Positions 12,920 to 26,772 of a stretch of DNA of 64,000 bases are shown here, piece by piece. The notes beneath the pieces are model-generated. The model made no database searches and was not told the DNA's origin. It saw nothing but the letters and a program-made list of their open reading frames with translations. Position 1 is the first letter of the stretch. Each line of letters begins with the position of its first letter. Origin of the DNA: Octopus vulgaris (Eukaryota); NCBI GenBank assembly GCA_951406725.2, contig OX597824.1, forward strand, positions 124,001 through 188,000, written 5' to 3'. The translations under genes were made by a program, and so were the position numbers.

Positions 12920-14290
12920 AAAATTTAGATAACAGAGATAGGTTTCGGCCAGTATAAGCCCAAGCCATGTCTAACTTAATAGCACCACCTGATGAAGTCT
13001 TTTAGATCGTGATTCACACCTCAGTCATATATGGGACACTATGGCCCACTCTAACAAAGAGTTATCATTGTTGGAGACATATCCTGGTGTAGGAGGTTGG
13101 TCCGGGATTTTTGGGGAAATTTGTCCAGAGAACTCTTGAATTTTATGGGATCTGTTTCCGTTTTGACGTATTTTGGTATAATATTAAAGATAGCTGGACC
13201 GATTGAAGTAAAGTAGTTGCGTTATGTGTCTTGAGTTCGATTTTTGTAGTGGGCGGATAGCACTGGGACCAAGCCTCAGGAGGATATTTAAATTGATGCC
13301 AACATCAATGTGCAATATGATGGAATATTTTCCGCATCACACAAATGATGTAGCGCTCCCGGCGGCGTTGGAGAGAGTAGAGATTGAATTTTTTTAGTCG
13401 ACCCTAATAGTCAGTGCCTGCCATGCCATCTATCTTTCTTGCTATTGACCTCTGGAGTGCTTCGCTTTCATAATGCTTTGCTTCATGTGGAAGACCACAG
13501 TGGGCAACAATATTCAAGGTGGGGGTCGGACAAAAGTGGAATAGAGAAGGATGGTGGTCTGTGCATCTCTAGACCGGAAAGTTCTTATAATCCAGGAGCA
13601 CCCCTTGCGGGCCAAGTCAACCTTGCTGTTTATGTGGGAACTCTAGCTTAGTTTGTTATCAATAATCCCTCCAAGGTCTCTTGTATTGGATGACACTAGG
13701 GAGTCACCCGAGGGAAGGGTATATGGTAGTTTCAGAGAGTTCTCTTTTCCAAAGTGGATCAAATTAAATTTATCTTCATTTAGAAGCATATTGTTCTTTT
13801 CCGCCCATTGGACAACAGAAAACAGATCCGACTGAAGGCATGTCCGGTCTCCCATAGAGTTTATGGCTTTCTGGAGCCTGGAATCATCAGCGAAGATTTT
13901 CAATGTAGAATGTTTGATGACGTCTGCTATGTCATTGATGTAGATATTGAAGAGGAGTAAGCCCAACACAGTGTCTTGTGGGGCACCACTACTGACTTTG
14001 GCTGAGCTTGATCGTATTCCCTCAAACACAACATGTTGGGTTCTGTTCTTCAGGAAACACTTTATCCACTGCAGCAGCTTTCCACTGACTCCAATGTTGG
14101 ACAGTTTCTTCAGCAGGATTTTGTGTTCCACTCTGTCAAATACCTTGCTGAAGTCAAGGTGTATGACGTCAGTGTCGGAGCCCTCTCCCAACGCTTTTAA
14201 AATGTCAAAATAGTGAAGAAGCTGCGACAGGCAGTCACCGCTATCACGGAGACCATGCTGGTTGGGGTTCAGCAGATTGTTGTCTTCGAG
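12920..14290 (-). mobile_element. 5'-truncated CR1-clade LINE (RT domain to 3' UTR), decayed
   Basis: ORF 13643-14317: NQHG, LDFSKVFDRVEH, SGAPQDTVLG..LFNIYIND, IFADD. C-terminus continues with frameshifts to ~13030, then 3' UTR and (TA)n. Confidence 0.93.
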
Positions 14291-14322
14291 TGTGTGTGTG
14301 TATACACATACACACATACAAC

Positions 14323-14369
<47 letters not shown>

Positions 14370-15977
14370 CATGTGGATATATGACCTACGTTGGACTCCT
14401 TATTCGCATAATCACAGAACCTGGAGCTATGGTCTACCCATAGCACTTACTCACCATTACCTGATACCTTTGGGTTTTATTGACACCATTACCTCTCATA
14501 ACCTCTCTCTCTATATGTGTGTGTATTTAAGAGTTGGTCATCTATTCATTCATGATTGCTTTCACTTGACATTTGCCATTAAAGGGAAGACAACTCTTTA
14601 CACATACAGTCCTCCACCCTCTCAGCTGCATTTGTCATCTTGTCTCTCATTTCAATTAACCCTCTCAAGTCCATCCATTATAATACTGCCACCGTTATTT
14701 CTAGGATATACCTTACAGTACCTATGACTGCGTTTGGAAATTTCTTGCTTTTTTTTTTTTTGTCCTAAAGTTTATGTTTTCTGTTATTTTTAGGCGTTGC
14801 TCTTGCTTACGAGAGAAAATGATTTTTGTTTTTACTTTAGATTCGTTTTTTGTGCATCGTTGAAAGCTTTATGGAAGCTTGCCTTCGACGACGAGACATT
14901 TTGATACACTTTTAAAATTCCAACTAAATTTTCACATCTATTGTGGTGATGTCCTGTTCTTATCAATAGACACAAACATTTCTTGTGGCTTTCTATGGCG
15001 TTGCTACCAACCTGTCACTGGGTCTAATATAACATCTAAGAAGTAACTATCTTTATAGAAGTGGTCATTATACTGTTGACTCCAAACTCATCAAATATCT
15101 TTACTTGATCATTCCTAATTTAATCTCATTTTTGACCGTTCTTGTGACGAGAAAGAGCGAGCCTATCATTCTGGGATTTCGAATTATGATTCTAGTTTAT
15201 CACGAATATATAAAGCAGCCAGCTCATATTACGGAGTCACCTCGTAACTACTTATACAGACTCCAAACGGACCATAAATGGCCATCATCACTTATGTGGA
15301 CAATGTGTACGTGTGTGGGAAGTGATTTTAAAGTTACGGTTTTCTGGCGTGCACGATTATTTCGAAGACATCGTGGTTAGTGCTGGTGCACTATATCTTA
15401 CTAAATTCCAATGTATTGATTAAAAGAGTGCTTAGAAACCTGACAAGTAGGAGTGAATAAAGTTACACACACACGCATGTATATTTATGTGTGTATTTAT
15501 GTATGTGTATGTGTGAGTATGCATGTGTATATATATATATATGTATATTTGTATGTGTGTGTATATATATAATATAAATACACACATACAAACGTACATA
15601 CATACGTACATATACATACACATACATACAAGCATACATACATATATGTGTGTGTGTGAGTGTGTGTGAGTGCGCACGTATATACATATATATATATATG
15701 TCTATGTATATATGTATGTATGTATGTGTGTATGCGTGTATGTGTGTATTGAACCATTGATGTCGGTCTTGTAGATTTGATTTCAATTGACAATAGAACT
15801 GGTATTCAGGATATTCAGTAACATAAAGTCAAACGTTACGACTTTTAACACAAGGCTGACGGTATATTCATATCTGTTGACTGTCGTAATATGTTTTAAG
15901 TTCAAACCGCTGCTCTTGTTGTTGTTCCTGTTGTTGCAGACGTTATGGTTTGCTGGCTTTGAATTTTAACAACACAT

Positions 15978-16033
<56 letters not shown>

Positions 16034-16228
16034 ATACGATGTAAAGGATTTGTCGATATCTATAAGCGCAACCAGTATACGGGGGCGAGGAAGCACTTCG
16101 CATACAGATGTACAAACACTACACATCCGTACGCAAATAAACTCATACATACGTAAGGGCGTACATACACACACGCATACATGCATACCTACACAGTCAC
16201 ACATACGCATACATATATGCATACTATA

Positions 16229-16278
<50 letters not shown>

Positions 16279-16282
<4 letters not shown>

Positions 16283-16392
16283 CTGATCACGTGACCGACC
16301 AGACCATCAGATGTTGTTACACATCGCTGGTCACAATGCGTTCGCATTGTTTTAGCCTTCGAATGACGCCACCCCGCTGGCTAAGCGAGCAG

Positions 16393-16396
<4 letters not shown>
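16279..16396. mobile_element. ~118-bp GC-richer insert embedded in a (TA)n run
   Basis: Complex sequence flanked on both sides by pure (TA)n; probably a retroelement fragment of unknown family. Confidence 0.45.
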
Positions 16397-16439
<43 letters not shown>

Positions 16440-16442
<3 letters not shown>

Positions 16443-16930
16443 TATCCTGTTTAAGTCAAGTTTTGTTTATGGTCCATTCAAGTAGTGAGTTTTTGTTGGG
16501 TGAGTTGTATCCAATTATGGGTGGTTTATCTGGTATTCCTTGAAGGATTCTATCCAGACTCCGTTTAAAGTTGATGGGATCCTTTTCCTCTTTGATCTCT
16601 TCCGGGACAATGTTAAATAGGGCAGGGCCTGTTGAGGAAAAGAAATTATGTTGCGGTGTACATGTATGCTGTGATCTTGAATTGGGCAGGGGACGTATGG
16701 CCCGTGGTCCCAGTCTTGGATGAACCTTGAAGCTAATGTTCAGGTCGTTTGGGCAAAGTTGGCGGTATATTCTCCACATCATACAAATGATGTACCGCTC
16801 ACAGCGACGCTGGAGAGAGTAGAGTTTCAAGGCTTTAAGGCGATTCCAATAATCGAGAGCAGCCATGCCTTCAATTCGTTTAGTGAGTGCCCTCTGGGGT
16901 GATTCAATTTTTTCAAATATTCTCATCACA
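16440..16930 (-). mobile_element. CR1-clade LINE C-terminal fragment
   Basis: ORF 16456-16929: LDYWNRLKALKLYSLQRRCERY…GPALFNIVPEEIK…FKRSLDRILQGIPD…NSLLEW; related to the 13030-13420 segment. Confidence 0.9.
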
Positions 16931-17164
16931 CTGTTGTACTTCTTTATGTCCTTAACATGTCCCTGTTACCAAAGACTGTATATATACATGTAATGTGGCA
17001 ATTATGTAAAAAACCTTTTTGAATTCATAATATTCTATGTTACTTTTGACAATCTTTTTCCAAAGAGTGAAACCGGTTAAGTAAATAAACATCTTTTAAA
17101 TTGCATTTTCAAACCTTCTTTCGTATATAATTCCACTCGTGCGATACCCCACAACTCAACTTTG

Positions 17165-17224
<60 letters not shown>

Positions 17225-17263
17225 TATACCTAAAACATACACACACACAACACACACACACAC

Positions 17264-17336
<73 letters not shown>

Positions 17337-17716
17337 AATTGAGATAGGGGTTGTAAATGCAACCCTCCATGGGATAACATATATCCAATATACTGCTAGT
17401 GAAGTACCTAACAAAGTTAATACATAAATGTTAAGAATTGCGATGCAATTAATTCATTTACTGTATTATATAGGCAAAGGTAAAATGTTTTACCAGAAAT
17501 TAATAATACAAAATAAGAAAATGGAGAAATACATCTAAATCAATTATCAACTACCAGATAATACCCAACCACATAATTTATTAAACCACCACATATGAAC
17601 ATTAAGGTCAAACATAATAATATAGAACAAAACAGTGTACATGAAGGAGTAATATGATACAATAAGTACAATATGTATAAGAGAATATAAATAAATATAG
17701 ATATAAATATAAACTA

Positions 17717-17848
17717 CATCTTACAGCTGTTTCGGCCATGCAGATATGGGTGTCTCATTTTGCTCATATTAGCCGTGTGTGATAGGTCAATATGTAGTTA
17801 TAAATGAGACACTTACAAAAATATCCCAAGGCCTCTTCGGAGAATATG
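17717..17848 (-). ncRNA. Type I hammerhead motif with ~105-nt extended stem II
   Basis: Minus strand TCT-CCGAAGA-GGCC…GGATAT…GTGTCTCATTT…CATATT…AATATG…AAATGAGACAC…ATATCT…GGCC-GAAACAGCT-GTA-AGA; predicted cut between 17722 and 17721. Confidence 0.65.
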
Positions 17849-18838
17849 AAATACAAACTAAATTAAATATACACCCATACAAGTGTTGGTACATACCCAT
17901 AATATATCATATACACATACATATGAGTGCATATACTCATACTCCTATACATACATATATACATATACATAATAATATAAATCAATATACATACATATGT
18001 TCCATATTCAATGTTACAGTTTTTCAACTTAATATTATGATATTACAATGTAGAAAACATACACATATTAATACTCAAATGCAGATATACAAAATCAAGA
18101 GTACATTATATTAATTTACAAAATGTCATTAATATTAACATTATTACTATTATCATTACCACTATTGCTACTAATATCATTATTATTATTATTAATAACA
18201 CTAATACTAGCAAAACAATATATGGATCACACTTAGCAACGTAATAGCAAAAACAAGAACAAGAATAGTACTACAGTACCATGCAAAGCATTAAATGTCT
18301 GCATATACATATAAAATGAAAAATAAAAGCATTTGGGTTACATGATATTAAGTTCCACAGGTGTATAAATGTAGATGCGAGTGCAAATTTATAATTTCAA
18401 CTGTGACACAAATACAGTATTACGTTCAGAAATAGTTAAGAATCGAACGCTAAAAAATGATTGGCCTGTACATTTAAATTTCAATTTCAATTGTCTTCGT
18501 GACGGTTGGTTTGTTAAGAGACACCCACACACGCACACTTGTAAACGTGCGCCCACACACACACAGACAAACCACAACACAAGAGATACCAGCCCACACA
18601 CACATGCTTACATACAAATCTACTCACATATATCCATAAAAATGCATACAAGCAAGCACACAGACATCTATACCCAGTCGATGTACGCTATTATCATAAG
18701 ATACATTATTAAAATAACACCGTATATTTCGTAAACAATTTATCGTGCTACTGAAACTTCCATATAGTCAAAATTTCGACTGTGTTCTCATTCAAACTTT
18801 CACTAATAAACCAGCACAGGCATGGGAAAACTATACCA

Positions 18839-18877
<39 letters not shown>

Positions 18878-19543
18878 TCCGCATACATCCATATACATAT
18901 ATACACTTGCATGTACTTCATCTGCAAACACTGGCATATACATATATACGTATATAATATGTATTTATGTACTCATACGTATAAGAAAAACATATACACA
19001 TATATCCACCTATGAATATACATATACATATAAAAATACACATACACATACATATACATATGAACACATTTCGACATATCCACATATATTTACGAAATTA
19101 CAAAAATATATGTCTGCCCACCAAAGGACGTATAAATACATAAACAATATGTTAACAGAAATTACAATTAATTAAGATATAAGTAAATTAATTATAAATT
19201 AATAAGTGCTATTAATTAAAAAATAAAATAAAATAAATAAATAAATAAATTTTAAAAAAAAATAAATAAATAAATAGAAATATATATATATCAATATATA
19301 AATAAAAGTTGAAAAACTGTAACATTGAATATGGAACATATGTATGTATATTGATTTATATTATTATGCATATGTATATATATATGTATAGGAGTATGAG
19401 TATATGCACTCATATGTATGTGTATATGATATATTATGGGTATGTACCCACACTTGTATGGGTGTATATTTAATTTAGTTTGTATTTCATATTCTCCGAA
19501 GAGGCCTTGGAATATTTTTGTAAGTGTCTCATTTATAACTACA

Positions 19544-20327
19544 CTAGCAGCATAGCCCGGCGTTGCCCGGGTATGTAAGAGCCCCTAGTAGGCAACGACT
19601 AATTCCAATCTAGTCCTTTCCCTCTAGGGAACGAAGGCGCATGTGTAGGTTGCAATGTCTTCTCTTCACTCGAATACTTCTGTGTATACGATGTTCCTAG
19701 CTGTCCCTTTGGGCGATAAAAAGGTCGAGTTGCGTCCCCTAGACAGTCTGTGGTTTGTGTTTAATACACAAATCGGTTTGCTATGTGTGCCACATATGAT
19801 TTAATTAACAGATTTTTTCCAATAATAAAGTATCCTATTGGAATAAAAAGGGCCATATAGCTCCTTGGAGCAGACATGATGCTCGATGTGAATTTTAAAA
19901 AAAATTCCTACTAATTTGTTAAAGATATTGTCGAAAATATGTCATCTTGAATTTGAACGCGATTTCCCAAAATGGCATGATTTTATCGATTTTTTTCTGA
20001 TGGTAAGGTATTGCATGGAATTAAGTTTCTTAGGGTAACATTAAGCTTCACCATGAGTTTGGTGAAAATCGATTGCAAGTTGCGAAAACTACAACACAAA
20101 ATGTGTTGCATATAAAAAGCTTAGACCCCATGTCGAATTTATCGATTTTCTTCAGAACTGGGGGAACTTTTCAAAGTTTTCGCTGCGTTAGTTTTGAATT
20201 ATGACATTGGGCTATGTGTGTGTCAAGTCTCATCAGAATCGGTTGAAAGCCGTGGTCAGGGTGAGGGTACAACCTGACAGACACACAGACACACAGACAG
20301 ACAAACTGCCGTTTATATATAGAGAGA
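19544..20327 (-). mobile_element. Non-autonomous Helitron, family 1 (784 bp) retaining RepHel C-terminus
   Basis: TC start, CCCGGGCAACGCCGGG hairpin plus CTAG end, inserted between A19543 and T20328 without TSD; 19666-19722 (-) reads FLSPKGTARNIVYTEVFE*. Confidence 0.93.
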
Positions 20328-20609
20328 TATTGACCTGTCACACATGGCTAATATGAGCAAAATGAGACACCCATATCTGCATGGCCGAAACAGCTGTAAG
20401 ATGTAGTTTATATTTATATTTATATTTATTTATATTCTCTTATACATATTGTACTTATTGTATCATATTACTCCTCCATGTACACTGTTTTGTTCTATAT
20501 CATTATGTTTGACCTTAATGTTCATATGTAGTGGTTTAATAAATTATGTGATTGGGTATTATCTGGTAGTTGATAATTGATTTAGATGTATTTCTCCATT
20601 TTCTTATTT

Positions 20610-20656
<47 letters not shown>

Positions 20657-21027
20657 GTACATATGTATACTTAAAACACACACATATATAGACGAAAATG
20701 TACATATAAATACAATACGTACATGCATGCGCACCACTTACATACATTCATACATGCAAACATACATACGAGTGTAGATGCATACCAACATACAAGCAAA
20801 CATACGTGTGTGCAGACTTACTTACAAAGATTGTTGCATATAAAAGCAGTAACTGGCACTTAAGGGAATGCATCAGAAATTGCCATTTTTCACCGAAAAA
20901 CTTTAAATCCATAAAACACACCCACGCATTTACTCCCGATACATACATACATACATACATACCTACATACATACATACATACATACATACACACATACAT
21001 ACATACATACATACATACATACATACA

Positions 21028-21059
<32 letters not shown>

Positions 21060-21204
21060 CACATATATATATGTATATATGTATACAGACATACACACAC
21101 ATACATACATACATACATATATACATAATACATACATACATATATATATGTACACACACATACATACATATATTCATACTCACCTCCATACACACAAACA
21201 CATA

Positions 21205-21256
<52 letters not shown>

Positions 21257-21285
21257 CACACACACATGAGCTCCAACCATAGTAG

Positions 21286-21325
<40 letters not shown>

Positions 21326-21761
21326 GTTCATACATACACACACACACACACATTGGCGCACGCAGTTTAAACCAATCGAAGACAAGGTGTACGACACTTT
21401 ATACTCTTCAGAAATAAAAACAGTTTGGTGAATAACCTTTTCACTTGTATAGAATCGTTGGTCACACCACTTGATCGGAACATCCAACTATTTCTTGGAA
21501 ATGCTTTAAATCTTGTAATTAAACGATATCTCATCTTTCATGGTGATATTGTCGTAAAGATAAACGACCGGACAGACATCGCACGTACTCTGCGGTGTTG
21601 TTTTCCACCTTTCTCGAATATTTAATCTTTCTCCAATATCTTTCATTCCTGTAGATATTCACGATGACATTTTTATTTCCGAATACCTCTCCATTCATAT
21701 ATGTCTGTCAATATGTCGATGCGGCCAGCTTGCTAGCATACTTCCGATTTACCCACATACA

Positions 21762-21805
<44 letters not shown>

Positions 21806-21872
21806 CACGCATACGCATACAGACAAACATACATAGATACGGACATATGCACCGACTCAAAAACATATATAC

Positions 21873-21907
<35 letters not shown>

Positions 21908-22012
21908 CATATACGTATATATATTTTCTTATATATGTGTGTGTACAGATATCTACATATGCATACACATATAAATGCAGCTATCTATACATGCATACGC
22001 ACACATATATAT

Positions 22013-22084
<72 letters not shown>

Positions 22085-22179
22085 GCATACATATATATAT
22101 ATATATACATATATACATATATAAACATGTATATATATATGAACATATATATATACATAAATACACGCGCGCACACACA

Positions 22180-22246
<67 letters not shown>

Positions 22247-22331
22247 TATAATTCATTTATAAATGATTTACTTTTACTCATATGGAAGAGACATTAAGAC
22301 ATACATCGCCCCATATAAGGACACATGGAAA

Positions 22332-22386
<55 letters not shown>

Positions 22387-23110
22387 ATACACAGAGGTTC
22401 CAATATCGGACGTGTTGTTTTTATATATTTTCCCCGCCCACCTACCCAAATCTTCGCAGGATTTAGTTTCTTCGATATTCGTTCGAACCGAACATGAATT
22501 ATGGGTGGCGATGGATGGAGTGGGCGGGGTGGAAGGATTAACAAAATAATAGGGGGGGAAAAAAGAAAAAGATAGTTTTTCGAAAAACTGCAAGAAAGAA
22601 AGAAAGAAAGAAAGAAAGAAGGAAGGAAGGAAAGAAGGAAGGAAGGAAAAGGGAAAGAAGGAAAGAAGGGTGCTGAAAAGAAAAGAGAAGTGTGACAGAG
22701 CTGAAATAGGAAAGATATTAAGTATGGGTGGTAGATGAGGAGTGGTGGTGGTGGTTGTGGTGGTGGTGGTTTCGGTAAAAGTACGTCATTCCTTGCTATC
22801 TTTGAGTTTTATTAGCTTGTTATTTGAAGAAATCAATAAGCAGTGTTTGTTCGATGTCTTAAGGCAGCGAAAAGATATCCAGTAGGACTTGAAATGTATA
22901 ATTTCCGTTTGCCGTCTTAAATTGCCCGACAACAACAACAACAACAACAACAACAACACCGACGATGGCGACGACATGAAGAATGAGAAAGTAGGAAAAG
23001 TGGGATCTGCTGTAAAAATAAGCATATTTAAGCTAATAATCTAGGAATTATGATTCATTCTCTTACTTTCTTCCGCCTCTTTTTGTCTCTGTTTCTTCAT
23101 GTCTTTCCTT

Positions 23111-23142
<32 letters not shown>

Positions 23143-23157
23143 GCACACACATACCAT

Positions 23158-23231
<74 letters not shown>

Positions 23232-23436
23232 TATATTATTTTGGTCTTTGAATTTTGGATGACTTCTCTTTCAGAATTAGTACTCAATATGTTATGCAAA
23301 TATAGAGTTTTAGATTCCTATAATTATGATTTGTTCCTACGATCGTTTCAATCTATAACAAAGTATCGTGAAGCGAACGTGATAATCGCTTGTAGGTTGG
23401 AACCTTCGAAGTAACAAGTCTTATATAAAAGTATGT

Positions 23437-23925
23437 ATGTCCGAAAAGTTCACAGGGTTCAATCGATCTCTTCATGATAACATGAAAGCATGGGTTTGTG
23501 TCAATGAGGAAATACTAGAACCCATCTCAACTGAATCTGGTGCTAAACAAAGTGATCTCTTGGCTGCTCCCACTTTGTTCGTCTTCTTCTTTGCTATTGT
23601 TTTCTTGCAAGCCTTTGTGCTTAGTGATGTTGGAATCTATTGATATACTGTACAACAGGAAAGCTTTTCGACATCCGTCGTTTTGCTGCAGTAACAGAAA
23701 CTTTCTTTGCTTTTATTCGTGATCTCATTCGTGTTTGTGGTTTCGTAGCCGACACTGAGACAGATCTTCATCTCTTGATGGACTGCTTTTAGCTGCATGT
23801 GATGAGCTTGGACTTAGAATCAGTCTTAAGAAGACCGTAGTCATACTACAACCAGCACCAAGCAAGCTATATGTCCCACCATCAATATACATCAATGACA
23901 CAAAGTTAAAAGTCATGGATATTTA
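23437..23925 (+). mobile_element. RTE-clade LINE RT fragment, decayed
   Basis: SLHDNMKAWV…GAKQSDLLAAPTLF (cf. GVKQGCVLAPTLF), then ISLKKTVV.LQPAP…PPSIYINDTKLKV in other frames. Confidence 0.8.
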
Positions 23926-24654
23926 AAAAGAGGCTTTACAACCACAAATCTTCTTTCAGAGACATTCAAATGGAATCGAATAAAAATATCGAAATATATA
24001 GTTTCATAGAAAGAAAACACTGCGAACTACGACATCATGTGATAGGGACATGAAAACTGGAAATGGCAGCAGAACTGGTTTTTGCATCGCCGAGTAAAGC
24101 TAAGCCTGAAGAAGTCACTGATATCAGTGGTATGTATGAATGCCAAATCAGAATCCAAAACACCAAGAACTATCTTAAGGCTCTTTTGTATAAACAAAAG
24201 AGCCTTTCCCATTCGTTCGTGACAGCCGAGCATTCTACAAAAAAAACAAAACAAACAAAGCAAAAATCAAAACCAAAAGACGTGTGTACGTTCATACATA
24301 CGCATACGTACATATTGACTTCTATAATACACGCATACATATATACACGCATACGTGCATACGTACATGCACACATACACGCACGTTCGTACATATATAT
24401 ATATATATATACCTACGTACATGATAGAAACAGTCTTATATACTCACTGATGTACCTATGTACATTAACACGCATACGTACATGCATACACATGCACACA
24501 TACATGCAGTCACACATACATACATTCATACAAACACACACACACACACACACACGCAATGGCGCACAGTCTCATATACTCACGCCAACATGGCACTTCA
24601 ATAATACCGATAAATCGTTGTATTGATTGCTACAGACTTCTCTTATATTGACTA

Positions 24655-24657
24655 TTA

Positions 24658-24695
<38 letters not shown>

Positions 24696-25110
24696 ATGGT
24701 GATGGTGGTGGTGGTGGTGGTGGTGGTACTGATAGTTCTAGCGGAGATGGTGGTGATCTGTGTAGCAGTAGAAGTGGTACAGATAGACTTGTGGCAGTTG
24801 TGGTGATGGTGGTAGTAGACTGGAGGCAGTAGTGGCGGCAGAGGTAGTGGTAACGGACGTGGTGGTGGTAACGGTGGTGTTGATGGTGACGGTGTTATTG
24901 TTGTTGTTGTTATTGTTGTTTTTTTATTGTGATAGTAATGGTGGTGATGCTGGTGTGGGTGGTGGTGGTGATAGACATGATTGTATAAACGCTGTGGTGT
25001 TAATGTTAGTAATGGTGGTAGTGTTGTTGTTGTTGTTATTGGTGGTGGTGGTGGTGGTATTAGCTCTGGTGGTAGCATTATTGGTGTTGTTGGTGTTTGC
25101 GTTGTTGATA
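24655..25110. repeat. Compound (GTA/GGT/GTT)n low-complexity tract
   Basis: Trinucleotide runs that give poly-T/P/V ORF artefacts. Confidence 0.9.
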
Positions 25111-25362
25111 AAGATGGTTTATTCTCCAATCCATTCCATTTTGCTGACGTCCATCCATTTCTAGCTGAAAGCCTCAACATAACATTGTCGATTTATCCAT
25201 ACTGGTTCTTGATCTACCCTGATCCCACTGACCAATTGTGGACCGAATGCTGCTCTGCTGTGGCCTGCGATTAGCCCTTCGACGCAGAGGCACGATTTAA
25301 ACTCGGAATACTGCAAAGACTCCGAGAATCGAGACCAAAACGCATTTTCTCCGACGCTTGAA

Positions 25363-25510
25363 TAGTCATAGATAAACTGCGGCCCGTAAGAGTTCCTCAG
25401 TGGCACGTCTACCGAAAGATTTCCTTGATGTTTTTTTTAGTAATGCGGCCCGCCTAATGATGATCCATATCTCATACAGCTCGCTCCTCGAAAATGGTCG
25501 CCCAATACTG
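25363..25510. mobile_element. Possible decayed hAT-type MITE
   Basis: TAGTCATAGATAAACTGCGGCCCG left end, internal TGCGGCCCG repeat, right end GGTCGCCCAATACTG; no clear TSD. Confidence 0.35.
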
Positions 25511-25794
25511 TGCTCTTGAACCGTTGTGAAGTTCAACGTTCTCTTTCAACGAATCTAGTTTTATAAACACACCTAAGAATGATCTGGATATCTGGAACTA
25601 CAAAAATGTGAAGATTTTAAAAGATGATGGTGAAAACAAGGTGCTTTTCTCGTTCGCCCCTTGGCTACCAAAGTCGGTCGGTGGCCGCTCAAAATAGATT
25701 CTAAACGAAAAAGAGAAACAGACAAAAATAACAACATTTTAATCAGGAGAGAAATCTGTGCAATGCTTCGATTTATTTATTTATTTATTTATTC

Positions 25795-25970
25795 TATCTT
25801 TTACTTGGTTTAGTCGGCCTTAAAGGGTTTAGGGGCGAACAAATCAAACCCAGTAATTTCCCTTTTTTTCAAAGTTTGATACTTTTTCTTATTTGCCGAA
25901 CCACTAGGTTACTAGGATGTAAGCAAACCAACACCGGCTGGCAATCGGTTGTGGGAGGGACAAACACAAA
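25795..25970 (-). mobile_element. Degenerate SINE family B 3' part
   Basis: TTTGCCGAACCACTAGGTTAC…CAAACCAACACCGG…GGGACAAACAC. Confidence 0.6.
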
Positions 25971-26368
25971 CACACACACACACTTACATACGCATGTCTA
26001 CACTTATCGACACTTATACACACTTATACTTCCATGAACACACCCATACTCACACCTACACACACGCATCTAGACATGCAAACACAACTATACACACATC
26101 CATCTCAACCCACACGTACATCTACACACATATCTACACACATGCATATAAACACACACACACACACACACACACATCCACACACACATCCACACACACA
26201 CATACACTCACAATCTACAATCACAGACACAAACGCACACACACATACATACATCAAAAGACAATACATATACATCAATACACACATACACACACAATCT
26301 ACAATTGCAGACACAAACATACGTAAGCACACATCTACACACACACACACGTATACACGCGCGCGCGC

Positions 26369-26760
26369 GCGGCGAGCTGTCAGAGTCATTAGCACGCCGT
26401 GCGAAATGCGTAAACCGTATTTCGTCTGCCGTTACGTTCTGAGTTCAAATTCTGCCGAGGCCGACATTGCCTTTCATCTTTTCAGGGTCGATTAAATAAG
26501 TACCAGTTACGCACTGGGGTTGATGTAATCGACTTAATTCGTTTGTCTGTTCTTGTTTGTCCTCTCTGTGTTTAGCTCCTTATGGGTAGTAAAGAAATAG
26601 GTATTTCGTCTGCCGCTACGTTCTGAGTTCAAATTGCGTTGAGGTCCAGTTTGCTTTTCATCCTTTCGGGGTCGATAAATTAACTACCAGTCAAGTACTG
26701 GGGATGATCTAATCGACTAACCCCTCCCCACAAAATCTCGTGCCTATGGTAGAAAGGATT
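26369..26760 (+). mobile_element. SINE family A head-body-tail1-body-tail2 dimer
   Basis: GTATTTCGTCTGCCG…core occurs twice, with two different 3' tails. Confidence 0.85.
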
Positions 26761-26772
26761 ACTGCTGCTTTT

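Larger units (their letters stand above)
17507..20613. repeat. 524-bp inverted repeat pair (17507-18030 / 19306-20613, right arm interrupted by a Helitron); probable inverted PLE pLTRs
   Basis: After removing 19544-20327 the right arm is the reverse complement of the left arm with few mismatches; both arms carry a hammerhead motif. Confidence 0.92.

Noticed and set aside
12940-13000. CTGATGAAG plus GGCCGAAAC near the CR1 3' UTR
   Set aside because: The two hammerhead half-motifs are on opposite strands.
17040-17165. GAAACCGGTTA, a PLE-like 3' segment
   Set aside because: No upstream CUGANGA core, so not called as a ribozyme.
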